DNA from: Deltaproteobacteria bacterium
GTDB lineage: Bacteria; Campylobacterota_A; Desulfurellia; JAGGSF01
Assembly: GCA_021159305.1 (NCBI GenBank)
Contig: JAGGSB010000031.1
Span: 1 to 61,221, forward strand
DNA length: 61,221 nucleotides
Direction of reading: 5' to 3'
The position numbers and the translations under genes are program-made. Positions within the stretch are counted from its first letter, which is position 1. Each line of letters begins with the position of its first letter. Below are positions 17,737 to 28,183 of the stretch, piece after piece. Under the pieces are notes generated by a model. It ran no database searches and had not been told where the DNA came from. It was given only the letters and a program-made list of their open reading frames with translations.

Positions 17737-18507
17737 ATGCTCAAACGCACGATTACTGCTATTGTCTTTGGCCTCATCGTCATATTCATTTTTCTCAAAT
17801 GTAGTTTCACAATCATATTTTTAGTAGTAACTGTTGTTTCTGTGTTGGGAATGATAGAATGGTTGAAGTTGGACGACAAACAGATAAATATAGTAAAAAC
17901 CTTCTATATTTTATTTTCCATTTTCTTCAGTATCTCGATTATGCGTTTACCTTCTTTTATACAACCTGTTATGTTGGGTATCGTAGTCATTCACTTACTA
18001 CTAAATTTCGAAAATGTGCAAAAAGAAAGTATTCTTAAAAAAGCATTTTATCTTTCTGGTGTGTTCTACATGGTTTTATACACCTATTTTTACAAATTAG
18101 CTATAATGAACAATGGAAGAGAAATCTTGATTCTAACTTTATTCTCCATATGGATAGGAGATACTGTAGCTCTTCTTGTTGGAAAAAAATGGGGGAAACA
18201 CTCCCTGTCACCCCACATAAGTCCGCACAAAACCACAGAAGGTGCAATTTCAGGGGTGATTATGGGGACTGCAGTAGCTTTCTTGTCCGGTATGTTTAGC
18301 ATAGAATTAAAACAGGGATTTTTACTTTGTTTTACAGCCAATATAGTGGGTATTTTGGGCGATCTGGCTGAATCTGTCCCAAAAAGAGCTTTTGGAAAAA
18401 AGGATTCTGGTAACCTTCTGCCAGGTCATGGGGGAATATTGGATAGATTGGACAGTTTATCTTTTGCCATACCTGCTGTATACTATTTGAATATGCTGAT
18501 AAAATGA
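17737..18507 (+). CDS. cdsA: phosphatidate cytidylyltransferase
   Basis: C-terminal signature SVPKRAFGKKDSGNLLPGHGGILDRLDS. Polytopic membrane protein. Confidence 0.9.
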   Translation: MLKRTITAIVFGLIVIFIFLKCSFTIIFLVVTVVSVLGMIEWLKLDDKQINIVKTFYILFSIFFSISIMRLPSFIQPVMLGIVVIHLLLNFENVQKESILKKAFYLSGVFYMVLYTYFYKLAIMNNGREILILTLFSIWIGDTVALLVGKKWGKHSLSPHISPHKTTEGAISGVIMGTAVAFLSGMFSIELKQGFLLCFTANIVGILGDLAESVPKRAFGKKDSGNLLPGHGGILDRLDSLSFAIPAVYYLNMLIK

Positions 18508-19655
18508 AAAATATCGTTATTTTAGGTTCCACCGGTTCAATAGGGAAAAATAGCACTCAAGTAATAATGCGCTATCCGCATAAATTTAGAGTCCTGGGTA
18601 TTTCTGGCTGCGAAAATATAGAACTTCTAAAAGAGCAAGCTAATCTTCTCAACCCCCAAATTGTCGTTGTCAAAACAAAAGAAAATAAAATTAAGCTACA
18701 AGAAGAAATCCCCTCACACATAAAAATCACTTATGGAGAAGAGGGTTTGTGTGAACTTGCCTCTCATCCCGAAGCACACATCGTGATCAATGCACTGTCA
18801 GGCACTGCAGGGCTACTTCCTACATATTCAGCTATTCAAAATAAAAAAAGACTGGCCTTGGCTAATAAAGAATCTTTAGTCGCCTGGGGCAAACACATCA
18901 TGAAAAAAGCAAAAGAAAATCATGTAGAAATTATTCCTGTAGATTCGGAACACAGCGCATTATTCCAATGTTTAAAAGCAGGGAAAAAGAGAGATGTGAA
19001 TAGATTAATTCTTACTGCCTCCGGCGGTCCATTTTTACATACATCAAAGGAATTTTTCCCACATATTAGCAAAAAGGATGCACTAAGGCATCCATTATGG
19101 AACATGGGTAAAAAGGTTACCATTGATTCTGCAACATTGATGAACAAAGGCTTTGAAATGATCGAAGCCCGGTGGTTATTCAACATCAAACCTTCAAAAA
19201 TAGATGTGATAATCCATCCTCAAAGCATAATACATTCAGCGGTGGAATTTAAAGACAGTTCCATAATAGCCCAGATGGCACCCCCTGATATGCGTATACC
19301 TATAAGCTATTCTCTATTCTACCCTCAGAGAGGCAACGAAATCAATGCTTTATCTTTCGATAAGATGCAACTTCTAACATTTGAAAAACCAGATACAGAA
19401 AAATTTAACACTCTCAATTTGGCTAAATACGCCTTACAAAATGAAGATAAAAATTATGCAATCGTTTTAAACGCTGCTGATGAAGCAGCAGTAGAATTAT
19501 TCTTAAACAGAAAAATCACATTTGATAAGATATTTGACATACTGGAAAAATCAATCCATATTTTTGGAGGAAAAATGATGAATTCTATTTATGATGTAAA
19601 GAGTTTTACCAATGAGATAATAAAAAATATAAAAAAATATAAAGGAAACATATAA
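18504..19655 (+). CDS. dxr: 1-deoxy-D-xylulose 5-phosphate reductoisomerase
   Basis: LGSTGSIG NADPH motif, NKESLV, DSEHSA. Confidence 0.9.
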   Translation: MKNIVILGSTGSIGKNSTQVIMRYPHKFRVLGISGCENIELLKEQANLLNPQIVVVKTKENKIKLQEEIPSHIKITYGEEGLCELASHPEAHIVINALSGTAGLLPTYSAIQNKKRLALANKESLVAWGKHIMKKAKENHVEIIPVDSEHSALFQCLKAGKKRDVNRLILTASGGPFLHTSKEFFPHISKKDALRHPLWNMGKKVTIDSATLMNKGFEMIEARWLFNIKPSKIDVIIHPQSIIHSAVEFKDSSIIAQMAPPDMRIPISYSLFYPQRGNEINALSFDKMQLLTFEKPDTEKFNTLNLAKYALQNEDKNYAIVLNAADEAAVELFLNRKITFDKIFDILEKSIHIFGGKMMNSIYDVKSFTNEIIKNIKKYKGNI

Positions 19656-20713
19656 TGGGTATTATTTACGGATTAATCGCCCTTGTTATTATTATTTTAA
19701 TTCATGAAACGGGACATTTTTCTGTAGCAAAACTGTTTCACGTATTTGTAGAAAGGTTTTCCATCGGATTCGGTCCTGTTATATTAAGGAAAAAGGGAAA
19801 GGAAACAGAATACGTACTTTCTGCTATTCCATTGGGAGGATATGTAAAATTAAAAGGAGAAAATCCAGAAGAAGGAGAGAAAAAAGATTCAGATGAACGA
19901 GCATTCTACAACCAAAAATTATACAAGCGTTTTCTCATCATTCTCGCCGGTCCAATGTTCAACATACTATCTGCTGTATTGTTTTTTGCTATTGTATATG
20001 CCATTGGTGTTCCCACACTTAAATCAACAATAGGAGAAGTAAAAAAAGATGCTCCTGCTTATTATGCCAAAATACAAAAGGGAGATGAGATTATTGCTAT
20101 AGATAAAAAGAATATAAAAACATGGGAAGAACTCTCCGTTATCATCAAAAAAAATGCAGGAAAAAGTATCACTCTAAATATCAAAAGGAATGGAAAAATA
20201 ATAGAAACACCTATTACACCAAAACTTACCGAAGTAAAAGACCTTTTGGGTTACAAGAAAAAGGTAGGCATTATTGGCATTGCGCCCTCAGGAGAAACAA
20301 TTATACAAAGACTGAATGTTTTTAAAAGTATAGAAAAGGGCGCTTGTAGAACAGTTTATATTGTAAAGATAACCATATTGGGTATTGTAAGGCTCATTGA
20401 AAGAGCCATTCCTGCTTCCTCGGTGGGTGGTCCTATATTAATCATTAACATTGCATCTAAGGCCGCAGCAGCTGGTTTCTCTACATTTTTGGCTTTAGCG
20501 GCTATAATCAGTATCAATTTAGGCATTTTGAATCTTTTACCTATCCCTATTCTTGACGGTGGGCATCTAACATTTCTCACTATAGAGGCTATAAGAAGAA
20601 AACCGGTTCCCTTAAATGTGCAGGTAATTGCACAAAATATCGGCTTAGCTATTCTAATTTTACTTATGGCGTTTGCTTTTTACAACGATCTATCCCGACT
20701 CTTTATAAAATAA
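19655..20713 (+). CDS. rseP: RIP zinc metalloprotease RseP
   Basis: HETGH zinc motif, central PDZ-like segment, NLLPIPILDGG motif. Confidence 0.9.
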   Translation: MGIIYGLIALVIIILIHETGHFSVAKLFHVFVERFSIGFGPVILRKKGKETEYVLSAIPLGGYVKLKGENPEEGEKKDSDERAFYNQKLYKRFLIILAGPMFNILSAVLFFAIVYAIGVPTLKSTIGEVKKDAPAYYAKIQKGDEIIAIDKKNIKTWEELSVIIKKNAGKSITLNIKRNGKIIETPITPKLTEVKDLLGYKKKVGIIGIAPSGETIIQRLNVFKSIEKGACRTVYIVKITILGIVRLIERAIPASSVGGPILIINIASKAAAAGFSTFLALAAIISINLGILNLLPIPILDGGHLTFLTIEAIRRKPVPLNVQVIAQNIGLAILILLMAFAFYNDLSRLFIK

Positions 20714-20714
20714 A

Positions 20715-21803
20715 ATGGAATGGATAAAGAGAAGAAAGACAAGGAAAATAAAGATAGAAAATGCATACATAGGAGGAGATGCACCCATTTCTGTCCAGTC
20801 CATGACTAAAACGGACACCAGAAATATCAAACAAACTCTCGGTCAAATAAACGAATTACATGAGGCAGGTTGTGAAATCGTAAGGTGTGCAATAATGGAT
20901 GATGAAGCGGTAGCTGCCATAAAAGAAATAAAAAAGAAAAGTCCTGTACCTATAATTGCCGACATCCACTTCCAACATCATTTGGCAATCGCCTCTATAA
21001 ATGCAGGGGTAGATGGAGTAAGAATAAATCCCGGAAATATCGGCTCCTGGGGAAAAGTAAGGGAAATAATAAGAGCAGCAAGGGACAAAAATATTCCTAT
21101 TAGAATAGGCGTAAACTCAGGTTCTCTGGAAAAAAGTCTATTAGATAAATATGGATGGCCAACAGCTGATGCAATAGTAGAAAGCGCATATAACTGGGTA
21201 AGGAAATTTGAAGACGAAGGGTTCACATTAATGAAGGTATCTATAAAATCATCCGATGTAAAAACAACCATCATTACCAATGAAAAGATATCAAAACTTA
21301 TAGATTACCCCATACACATTGGGCTTACGGAAGCAGGCCCTCTGCAAGAAGGGATAACAAAATCCGGTGTTGCTTTAGGTACTCTTTTAAGAGAAGGTAT
21401 TGGAGATACAATCAGGGTATCCCTCTCAGAACATCCCGTAAAAGAAGTAGATGCAGCCTATGAAATCTTATCCTCCCTCCACTTAAGAAAAAAACATGGT
21501 ATAGATATTGTCTCCTGCCCTACTTGCGGGCGCATACAGATAAATCTCATACCTCTTGTAGCTACGCTAAAGGAGAGATTATCTCATATTAAAAAACCCA
21601 TTAAAATAGCTGTTATGGGTTGTATGGTCAATGCAATAGGCGAATCAAAAGAAGCAGATTTAGCAATCTGTGGTGGAAAAAAATTCGGATTAATCGCCGT
21701 TAAGGGAAAAATAAAAGAAAAAGTACCAGAACCGCAACTAATAGAAAAATTTGTCAAAGAAGTAGAAAATTACGCAAAGAATATCTCTAATGAAAAGAAT
21801 TAA
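20715..21803 (+). CDS. ispG: HMBPP synthase (GcpE)
   Basis: 362-aa GcpE-like sequence with C-terminal cluster cysteines (SCPTCGR ... GCMVNA). Confidence 0.9.
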   Translation: MEWIKRRKTRKIKIENAYIGGDAPISVQSMTKTDTRNIKQTLGQINELHEAGCEIVRCAIMDDEAVAAIKEIKKKSPVPIIADIHFQHHLAIASINAGVDGVRINPGNIGSWGKVREIIRAARDKNIPIRIGVNSGSLEKSLLDKYGWPTADAIVESAYNWVRKFEDEGFTLMKVSIKSSDVKTTIITNEKISKLIDYPIHIGLTEAGPLQEGITKSGVALGTLLREGIGDTIRVSLSEHPVKEVDAAYEILSSLHLRKKHGIDIVSCPTCGRIQINLIPLVATLKERLSHIKKPIKIAVMGCMVNAIGESKEADLAICGGKKFGLIAVKGKIKEKVPEPQLIEKFVKEVENYAKNISNEKN

Positions 21804-23148
21804 GAATCTTCTTCAAGATATTTCACAAAACAGATATTTCAACATTACTATAATAATAATTATCATTATTTCTCTCTTCTCTATAATAGCCTATGAGGGA
21901 GGGATAGCTACAGCAGGCTTAAAGATTCATTATAAAACGATTGAAAAATGTATATGCATTATTCTTTGTATAGAGTTTCTCTTAAGACTATGGTTGTCTC
22001 CCACCTTTAAATTTAGAACAATAACAAACATTTTATCATTCATTCCCTACTACATTTTACCTAAACCTTTTTCTTTCTTAATTATTATAAGCAGATTAAT
22101 TAAAATAACATACCATAGCCATTTGTTTCCAGGAATGAAACCTGTCATAAAGAAAAGAACAACTGAAGCTATAACTCTATTCATAGTAATTCTCTTTGTG
22201 ATCTTTTCATTCTCCATAGTCATATACCTTACTGAATATAAATCCAATGCCCAGTTTAAAACCATATTTGATTCTCTATATTGGGTTATACAAACCATAC
22301 CAATGCTTGGTTATGGAGATATTACCCCCTCTACCCAAACCGGCAAAGTTGTCACTATTATACTCGTTATAATTGGAGTTTTAATACTCTCCATCATTAC
22401 CAGCTTTATAACATCATTGTATATGGAATATATACTTAAATTTAAAAGCCTGCAGGAGGAAAAAATGAAGAAAGAAATCAAAAAACTAAAGAATCATCAT
22501 ATAATCTGTGGCTTCGGGAGACTGGGGAAAAATGTAGCAGAAGAATTGCATAAAAGAGATGTATCCTTTGTTATAATAGAAAAAGATAAAGAGAAAATGG
22601 AAAATAAGGGATATAAAACGATTTGTGGCGATGCAACAGAAGAAGAAACATTAAAAGATGCCAATGTAGGGCAAGCTTCCAGTATAATTATCCTCACCTC
22701 TTCCGATGCAGAAAATCTCTACATCACAATGACTGCAAGAGAGTTAAGCCCAAACTTAAATATTATCAGCCGCGCATCTGAAGAAGAAAGCAAAAAAAGA
22801 CTAATTAAAGCAGGGGCAAATAAGATAATCTATCCTTATGAGATAAGCGCTTCCCGCATCGCCTATATAATCACCTCCCCCAAAGCAGCAGCATTCACCT
22901 TAGCTTTAAGGTCTACAACCGAAGAATTTAAGATAGCAGAAATCGACATAGAACAAAACTCAGCTTATGATGGTGTAAAAATAAAAGATTCACAAATAAG
23001 AGAGAAATTTAACATTATGATTATAGGAATAGTGGAAAAAGGGAAAACTCATTTTAATCCTTCTGCCCAAACAAGAATAAAAGGGAATTCCACTCTTATC
23101 TGCACAGGGCAAGAAGAAAATATAAAGCAATTTTGTTTATCTGTCTAA
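21790..23148 (+). CDS. Kch-like potassium channel with C-terminal RCK/TrkA domain
   Basis: Selectivity filter TIPMLGYGDITP, multi-TM N-terminus with a weakly charged S4-like helix, Rossmann GFGRLGKNV. Confidence 0.8.
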   Translation: MKRIKNLLQDISQNRYFNITIIIIIIISLFSIIAYEGGIATAGLKIHYKTIEKCICIILCIEFLLRLWLSPTFKFRTITNILSFIPYYILPKPFSFLIIISRLIKITYHSHLFPGMKPVIKKRTTEAITLFIVILFVIFSFSIVIYLTEYKSNAQFKTIFDSLYWVIQTIPMLGYGDITPSTQTGKVVTIILVIIGVLILSIITSFITSLYMEYILKFKSLQEEKMKKEIKKLKNHHIICGFGRLGKNVAEELHKRDVSFVIIEKDKEKMENKGYKTICGDATEEETLKDANVGQASSIIILTSSDAENLYITMTARELSPNLNIISRASEEESKKRLIKAGANKIIYPYEISASRIAYIITSPKAAAFTLALRSTTEEFKIAEIDIEQNSAYDGVKIKDSQIREKFNIMIIGIVEKGKTHFNPSAQTRIKGNSTLICTGQEENIKQFCLSV

Positions 23149-23155
23149 AAGGAAT

Positions 23156-23632
23156 TCAAATAGACTTCTTTAAAAGCCTGTGAACAATTAAGATAAGTAC
23201 ACCTATAGTAATGCAAGCATCCGCAATATTAAAAGCCGGATAATGATGCATACCAATATGTAAATCAATAAAATCCGTCACATATCCAAAAAATAGCCTG
23301 TCTCTTAAATTTCCCAATGCTCCAGCCCCTAATAAACCCAACCCCACAGCAGTTATAGATGAAATTTTTCTTCCTTTAAGTAACATAACTATCACAATAG
23401 TAAAAACGATAATATTCACAGAAGAAAGTAAAATTCTCTTAAAAAAGATAGGAGAGGTGCCAAACAGACCAAATGCTATTCCACTATTTTCTACATACAC
23501 TATATTCAGAAAGCCAGAAACAGATATGCAACTGGTCACGCCCAAAAAATGAGCCACCAATATTTTAGATATTACATCTAAAATAAAAAAGAAAACTATT
23601 AAATAAAAGGCAACATAGGTACTCTTCCACAT
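23156..23632 (-). CDS. lspA: lipoprotein signal peptidase II
   Basis: NSGIAFG and FNIADACI motifs, four TM segments. Confidence 0.9.
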   Translation of the reverse strand: MWKSTYVAFYLIVFFFILDVISKILVAHFLGVTSCISVSGFLNIVYVENSGIAFGLFGTSPIFFKRILLSSVNIIVFTIVIVMLLKGRKISSITAVGLGLLGAGALGNLRDRLFFGYVTDFIDLHIGMHHYPAFNIADACITIGVLILIVHRLLKKSI

Positions 23633-23995
23633 CTAAGATTTTTTCTTAGAAAATTCCACTATGGATACAGGAGCTCCATCGCCCTTACGATAACCCAACT
23701 TAAAACAGCGCAAATATCCACCATTTACATCTGCAAATCGGGGACCAATCTCGGAAAAGAGTCTATCCACTACTTTCTTATGTGGTAAAATGCTTAAAGC
23801 CTGCCTTCGCGCAGACAGAGTTTCTTTTTTAGCCAATGTGACCAAACCACTAACAAAGCGCACCATTTCTTTAGCCCTGGCATCTGTGGTTGTAATGCGC
23901 TCGTTTAATATTATAGCTCGGGCTAAACTTCTCAGTAAAGCTTTCCTGTGTCCTGTGTTTACCCCCAGCTTTCTATAACCATGTTTATGACGCAT
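23633..23995 (-). CDS. rplQ: 50S ribosomal protein L17
   Basis: MRHKHGYRKLGVNTGHRKALLRSL N-terminus. Follows rpoA. Confidence 0.95.
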   Translation of the reverse strand: MRHKHGYRKLGVNTGHRKALLRSLARAIILNERITTTDARAKEMVRFVSGLVTLAKKETLSARRQALSILPHKKVVDRLFSEIGPRFADVNGGYLRCFKLGYRKGDGAPVSIVEFSKKKS

Positions 23996-25019
23996 CCTTT
24001 TCTCCCCTCTCTGCTTCTAATTGTTCTATCTTTGAAAGTGTCTTCTCGTCTATTTTCATGTCTAAACTCAATCCCAATTGATTCAAAGCATCTTTTATTT
24101 CCTTTAACGATTGTTTGCCAAAATTACGCGTGTCCAAAAGCTCACTCTCTGTTTTTTGCACCAATTCCAAAATGTGCTCTATGTTCTGAGCCTTTAAACA
24201 ATTTGCTGCACGGGCGCTCAACTCCAATTCCCCCACTGTTTTTAATAAATTTTCATTAATCTCTGTCTCTTCTTCTATTTCCTCTTCGACTTTTTTTCCC
24301 GTTGTGGAAACGAATCGCGTAAAAAAACTAAGATAATCTTCTAAAATATACGCCGCCTTGCTTACTGCACTTTTTGGAGCTAATGTCCCATCTGTTTCTA
24401 CCTCTAAAGTAAGTTTATCATAATCATAAAAACCACGATGCGTACTTTTCCCGGCATGATAAGCAACACGTTTTACAGGCGAAAACATAGCGTCTATAGG
24501 AATTAATCCCACTTCTTCCCTAACATTTTCTTTGGCTGGTTTATATCCCACGCCCTTTTCTAAAAGAAGGTTCATTTTAATTTCACTGTCTTCCATTAGA
24601 AAAGCAATATGATGAGTCTTATTTATTACCTCTATATCGTTAGATACAGCAATATCACCAGCCTTCAGTTCTCCGCCTCCTTTTTTTTCAATAAAAGCCT
24701 CACCCTCTGTAAAACTATCTGTCAATGCTTTAAAACGCACTTGCTTTAAATTCAATATAATAGCCAATACATCTTCCTTTACACCATGCAAAACGCTAAA
24801 TTCATGCATTACTCCTTCTATCTTTGCCCCTACAATCGCAATACCAGGGATAGAAGAAAGAAGAACTCTCCTGATAGCATTCCCTAAAGTTACAGCATAT
24901 CCTTTAGGAAGAGGCTGGATAATAAATTGTTCTACATTAGCATTCTCTTCAATACTTTTTATTTGAACAGCCAAAGGCTCTACCAAATAATTAAATGTTC
25001 GCTCCATTTTCTCCCCCAT
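23985..25019 (-). CDS. rpoA: DNA-directed RNA polymerase subunit alpha
   Basis: NTD motif LGNAIRRVLLSS and CTD LELSARAANCLK. An alternative start is the ATG at 25007, which has GGGGAG upstream. Confidence 0.93.
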   Translation of the reverse strand: MGEKMERTFNYLVEPLAVQIKSIEENANVEQFIIQPLPKGYAVTLGNAIRRVLLSSIPGIAIVGAKIEGVMHEFSVLHGVKEDVLAIILNLKQVRFKALTDSFTEGEAFIEKKGGGELKAGDIAVSNDIEVINKTHHIAFLMEDSEIKMNLLLEKGVGYKPAKENVREEVGLIPIDAMFSPVKRVAYHAGKSTHRGFYDYDKLTLEVETDGTLAPKSAVSKAAYILEDYLSFFTRFVSTTGKKVEEEIEEETEINENLLKTVGELELSARAANCLKAQNIEHILELVQKTESELLDTRNFGKQSLKEIKDALNQLGLSLDMKIDEKTLSKIEQLEAERGEKDAS

Positions 25020-25024
25020 CTTAA

Positions 25025-25645
25025 TTACTTAGAATACAACTCTACTACTGCATCCTCATTAAACGGAGGATTAACTTCTTCTGTCGAAGGTATATTCAAC
25101 ACAGTAAAGGTAAACTTATCAGCATCAACCTGAAGCCACGAAGGAATGCCTCTTTTTACAGCTTCTTCTATCCTTGCTTTTATAAAATCATTCTTTTTTG
25201 CCTCATCTATCAATGCAACAACATCAGCTTTTCTCAAAAGATAAGAAGGGATGTTTACCATCCGTCCATTCACCCTTACAAAACGATGCGAAATCATCTG
25301 CCTTGCCTGTCCCCTGGAGGTAGCAAATCCCACCCTGTAAAGCATATTATCCAAACGACTTTCTAGGATGCGAATAAGGTTTTCTCCTGTTCTGCCTTTT
25401 TCTCTCTTCGCCTTAAAGAAATATCTCCTAAACTGTCTCTCTCCCACAGCATAAATCGCCCGTGCTTTTTGCTTTTCCATAAGATGGGTTGCATAATCAC
25501 TCATCTTCCTTCTCTGAAATCTTTCTTTACCGGGAGGATAAGGTCTCCTTTCAAAAGCACATTTTCCAGTTAGACACCTGTCCCCTTTTAAATACAGCTT
25601 TGCTCCCAACCGTCGGCACAATTTACACTCATCTTGCTTCTTCAT
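25025..25645 (-). CDS. rpsD: 30S ribosomal protein S4
   Basis: S4 N-terminal Cys-rich region and S4 RNA-binding domain. Conserved order S13-S11-S4-RpoA. Confidence 0.95.
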   Translation of the reverse strand: MKKQDECKLCRRLGAKLYLKGDRCLTGKCAFERRPYPPGKERFQRRKMSDYATHLMEKQKARAIYAVGERQFRRYFFKAKREKGRTGENLIRILESRLDNMLYRVGFATSRGQARQMISHRFVRVNGRMVNIPSYLLRKADVVALIDEAKKNDFIKARIEEAVKRGIPSWLQVDADKFTFTVLNIPSTEEVNPPFNEDAVVELYSK

Positions 25646-25648
25646 ATT

Positions 25649-26041
25649 CTACACCCTCCTCTTCTTGGGTGGTCTACAGCCATTATGAGGTATAGGTGTC
25701 ACATCTTTGATGGATTTTACTTCTAATCCTGCCGCCTGTAGAGCCCTTATTGCTGTTTCTCTACCTCCTCCAGGACCTTTGATCATCACATCTACTTCCT
25801 TTAATCCGGCACTTAAAGCCTTTTTGGCTACAGACTCGGCAGTAACCTGGGCAGCAAACGGTGTTCCCTTTTTTGCCCCTTTAAAACCAGCTGTTCCCGC
25901 GCTGGCCCAGAAAAGACTATTGCCCATTTTGTCCGTAATGCTGATCAACGCATTATTAAATGTCGTTTGTATATGCGCTATCCCTCTTACCACTGCTACT
26001 TTTCTTATTCTTTTCTTAACCTTTTTTCTCTTATTTACCAT
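25649..26041 (-). CDS. rpsK: 30S ribosomal protein S11
   Basis: [18 protein letters not shown] and [13 protein letters not shown]. Confidence 0.95.
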   Translation of the reverse strand: MVNKRKKVKKRIRKVAVVRGIAHIQTTFNNALISITDKMGNSLFWASAGTAGFKGAKKGTPFAAQVTAESVAKKALSAGLKEVDVMIKGPGGGRETAIRALQAAGLEVKSIKDVTPIPHNGCRPPKKRRV

Positions 26042-26047
26042 AATATA

Positions 26048-26407
26048 TTATCCCTTACCAATAGTTTTCCTTCTTCCTTTTCTTATTCGGGCATTGGTTC
26101 TGGTCCTTTGTCCTCTAACCGGCAAACCTCTCCTATGCCTTAACCCCCTATAACAACCTATATCCATCAAGCGTTTGATGTCTGTAGATATATCCCTTCG
26201 CAAATCTCCTTCTACCCTATACTCTCTTATTGCTTTTCCTAATTTCGTAATTTCATCATCTTTCAACTCATCTGTATGTTTATCAAGGCTAATACCTACT
26301 TTTTTTAATATTTCCATCGCTCTAGATCTACCAATACCATAAATATATGTAAGAGCTATTTCCATTCTCTTGTGTTTCGGCAGCTCTACCCCCACAATAC
26401 GTGCCAC
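26048..26407 (-). CDS. rpsM: 30S ribosomal protein S13
   Basis: [11 protein letters not shown]-terminus, GTG start with GGAGG 5 nt upstream. Confidence 0.95.
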   Translation of the reverse strand: MARIVGVELPKHKRMEIALTYIYGIGRSRAMEILKKVGISLDKHTDELKDDEITKLGKAIREYRVEGDLRRDISTDIKRLMDIGCYRGLRHRRGLPVRGQRTRTNARIRKGRRKTIGKG

Positions 26408-26416
26408 ATTTGCCTC

Positions 26417-26530
26417 CTAACCCTGTTTTTGTTTATGTTTGGGATTCTTACAAATAACCCTTACAACGCCTTTTCTCTTTATCACCTTACACTTACTACA
26501 TATAGGCTTCACCGACGATCTTACTTTCAT
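26417..26530 (-). CDS. rpmJ: 50S ribosomal protein L36 (zinc form)
   Basis: Not in the ORF track (37 aa). Hand translation [37 protein letters not shown], located between infA and rpsM. Confidence 0.93.
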   Translation of the reverse strand: MKVRSSVKPICSKCKVIKRKGVVRVICKNPKHKQKQG

Positions 26531-26543
26531 CAACTAATTCCTC

Positions 26544-26762
26544 CTACTTAAATCTATATACAATTCTCCCTCGATCGATGCTATAAGGGGAAATTTCTAC
26601 CCTTACTCTATCCCCAGGCAAAATCTTTATAAAATGCATTCTCATCTTGCCGCGTACATGAGCCAAAATAACATGACCCTGCTTTAATTTTACACGAAAC
26701 ATCGCATTGGGCAACGATTCTATAACCTCTCCTTCAACCTCTATGGCTTTTTCTTTAGTCAC
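26544..26762 (-). CDS. infA: translation initiation factor IF-1
   Basis: 72-aa S1-like OB fold ([14 protein letters not shown]), GTG start. Confidence 0.95.
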   Translation of the reverse strand: MTKEKAIEVEGEVIESLPNAMFRVKLKQGHVILAHVRGKMRMHFIKILPGDRVRVEISPYSIDRGRIVYRFK

Positions 26763-26780
26763 TTAATATCCTCCATACCA

Positions 26781-27536
26781 TCAACAGATACTTAAAATCA
26801 TAGGTCCATTCTCTGTAATGGCAATTGTATGCTCAAAATGTGCAGATGGTTTACCATCCGCAGTAACCGCTGTCCAACCATCCTTCTTTATCTTAACCTT
26901 ATATGTTCCTACATTCACCATCGGCTCTATCGCTATTGTCATTCCTACCACAAGAGGCAATTTGAGAGAAAAAAATGAAGGTACATAATTTAGCACCTCC
27001 GGGTCCTCATGTAAATTTCTACCTATACCATGCCCCGTGAAATCTCTCACCACAGAAAAACCCTCTCTATGAACAGTTTCCTCTATTGACCTTGATATAT
27101 CAAGCAGAAAGTTGCCCGGCTTCGCCTGTTCTATTCCCGCATATAGAGCATTTTCTGTAACCTTCAATAGCTTTTTATTCTCATCCGAAATTTTACCTAT
27201 CGCAACGGTAATCGCCGAATCTCCATAAAAATCGTCAAAAATTAAACCAAAATCCAAACCAACAATATCCCCTTTATGCAAACTAACTTTTCTCGATGGT
27301 ATGCCATGTACAATGCCCTCGTTTATAGAAGTGCAGAGCGCTTTAGGGAAACCATTATACCCTTTAAATGCAGGACGAGCATTCCTTTTTTTTGCTTCTT
27401 TTTCCGCTATCTCATTCAAATACTCTGTAGTAACACCTTCCTTTGCCTTTTCTTTTAATACACACAACACCTCTGCTACCATTCTATTTACTATGGCCAT
27501 TTTTTTTATCTCTTCTTCTGTCTTAGTTATGACCAT
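26781..27536 (-). CDS. map: type I methionine aminopeptidase
   Basis: Pita-bread fold motifs (GDIVGLD, FTGHGIG, EP..., EHT). Confidence 0.92.
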   Translation of the reverse strand: MVITKTEEEIKKMAIVNRMVAEVLCVLKEKAKEGVTTEYLNEIAEKEAKKRNARPAFKGYNGFPKALCTSINEGIVHGIPSRKVSLHKGDIVGLDFGLIFDDFYGDSAITVAIGKISDENKKLLKVTENALYAGIEQAKPGNFLLDISRSIEETVHREGFSVVRDFTGHGIGRNLHEDPEVLNYVPSFFSLKLPLVVGMTIAIEPMVNVGTYKVKIKKDGWTAVTADGKPSAHFEHTIAITENGPMILSIC

Positions 27537-28182
27537 TAAACCCCTGCAAAATATCTTTCACTTTTTCAAATATCCGCTCTACCTTTCCCGTTCCATCTAT
27601 AGTATACAATTTATCCTGCTTTTTATAAAAGTTTATCAGCGGAGCAGTGCTGTCCCGATAAACCTCAATTCTCCTTCTTACTGTTTCCTCATTATCATCA
27701 TCCCTTCTAATGAGACTTCCTCCACATTTATCGCAAATACCTTCTTCAAGAGGCGGATTGTAACTCACATGATAGACTGTTCCACACTTTTCACATACTC
27801 TTCTTCCCGTAAGTCTTTTAACAATTTCCTCTTCCGACACATCAAACAGAAACACCACATCTAATTGTAAATTACCCTGTAAAAACATATTTTCAAGACT
27901 CGCTGCTTGAGACAAAGTGCGTGGAAAACCATCTAAGATAAACCCTTCTGCGCAATCCTCTCTTTTGATCCTTTTCTTTATCATCTCAATAATTAAGTCA
28001 TCAGAAACAAGCTCTCCCTTATCCATGAAAGTCTTCGCTGTTCTCCCCAAATCTGTTTGTTCTCTTACTTCATTTCTCAACAAATCACCCGTAGAAACCA
28101 AGGGAATATGTAAATACTCTGATATCAATATCCCTTGTGTCCCTTTACCCACACCGGGCGACCCTAAAAGTACAACAATCAT
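27523..28182 (-). CDS. adk: adenylate kinase (zinc-lid form)
   Basis: P-loop GSPGVGKGTQ. Lid with CEKCG...CDKCG. Confidence 0.93.
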   Translation of the reverse strand: MIVVLLGSPGVGKGTQGILISEYLHIPLVSTGDLLRNEVREQTDLGRTAKTFMDKGELVSDDLIIEMIKKRIKREDCAEGFILDGFPRTLSQAASLENMFLQGNLQLDVVFLFDVSEEEIVKRLTGRRVCEKCGTVYHVSYNPPLEEGICDKCGGSLIRRDDDNEETVRRRIEVYRDSTAPLINFYKKQDKLYTIDGTGKVERIFEKVKDILQGFNGHN

Positions 28183-28183
28183 A

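Noticed and set aside
23149-23155. Expected a bidirectional terminator between the convergent K+ channel and lspA genes, and likewise between murJ and ftsY at 58724-58746
   Set aside because: Only 7 nt separate the first pair and the second pair overlaps by 23 nt. No hairpin is visible, so nothing can be reported.
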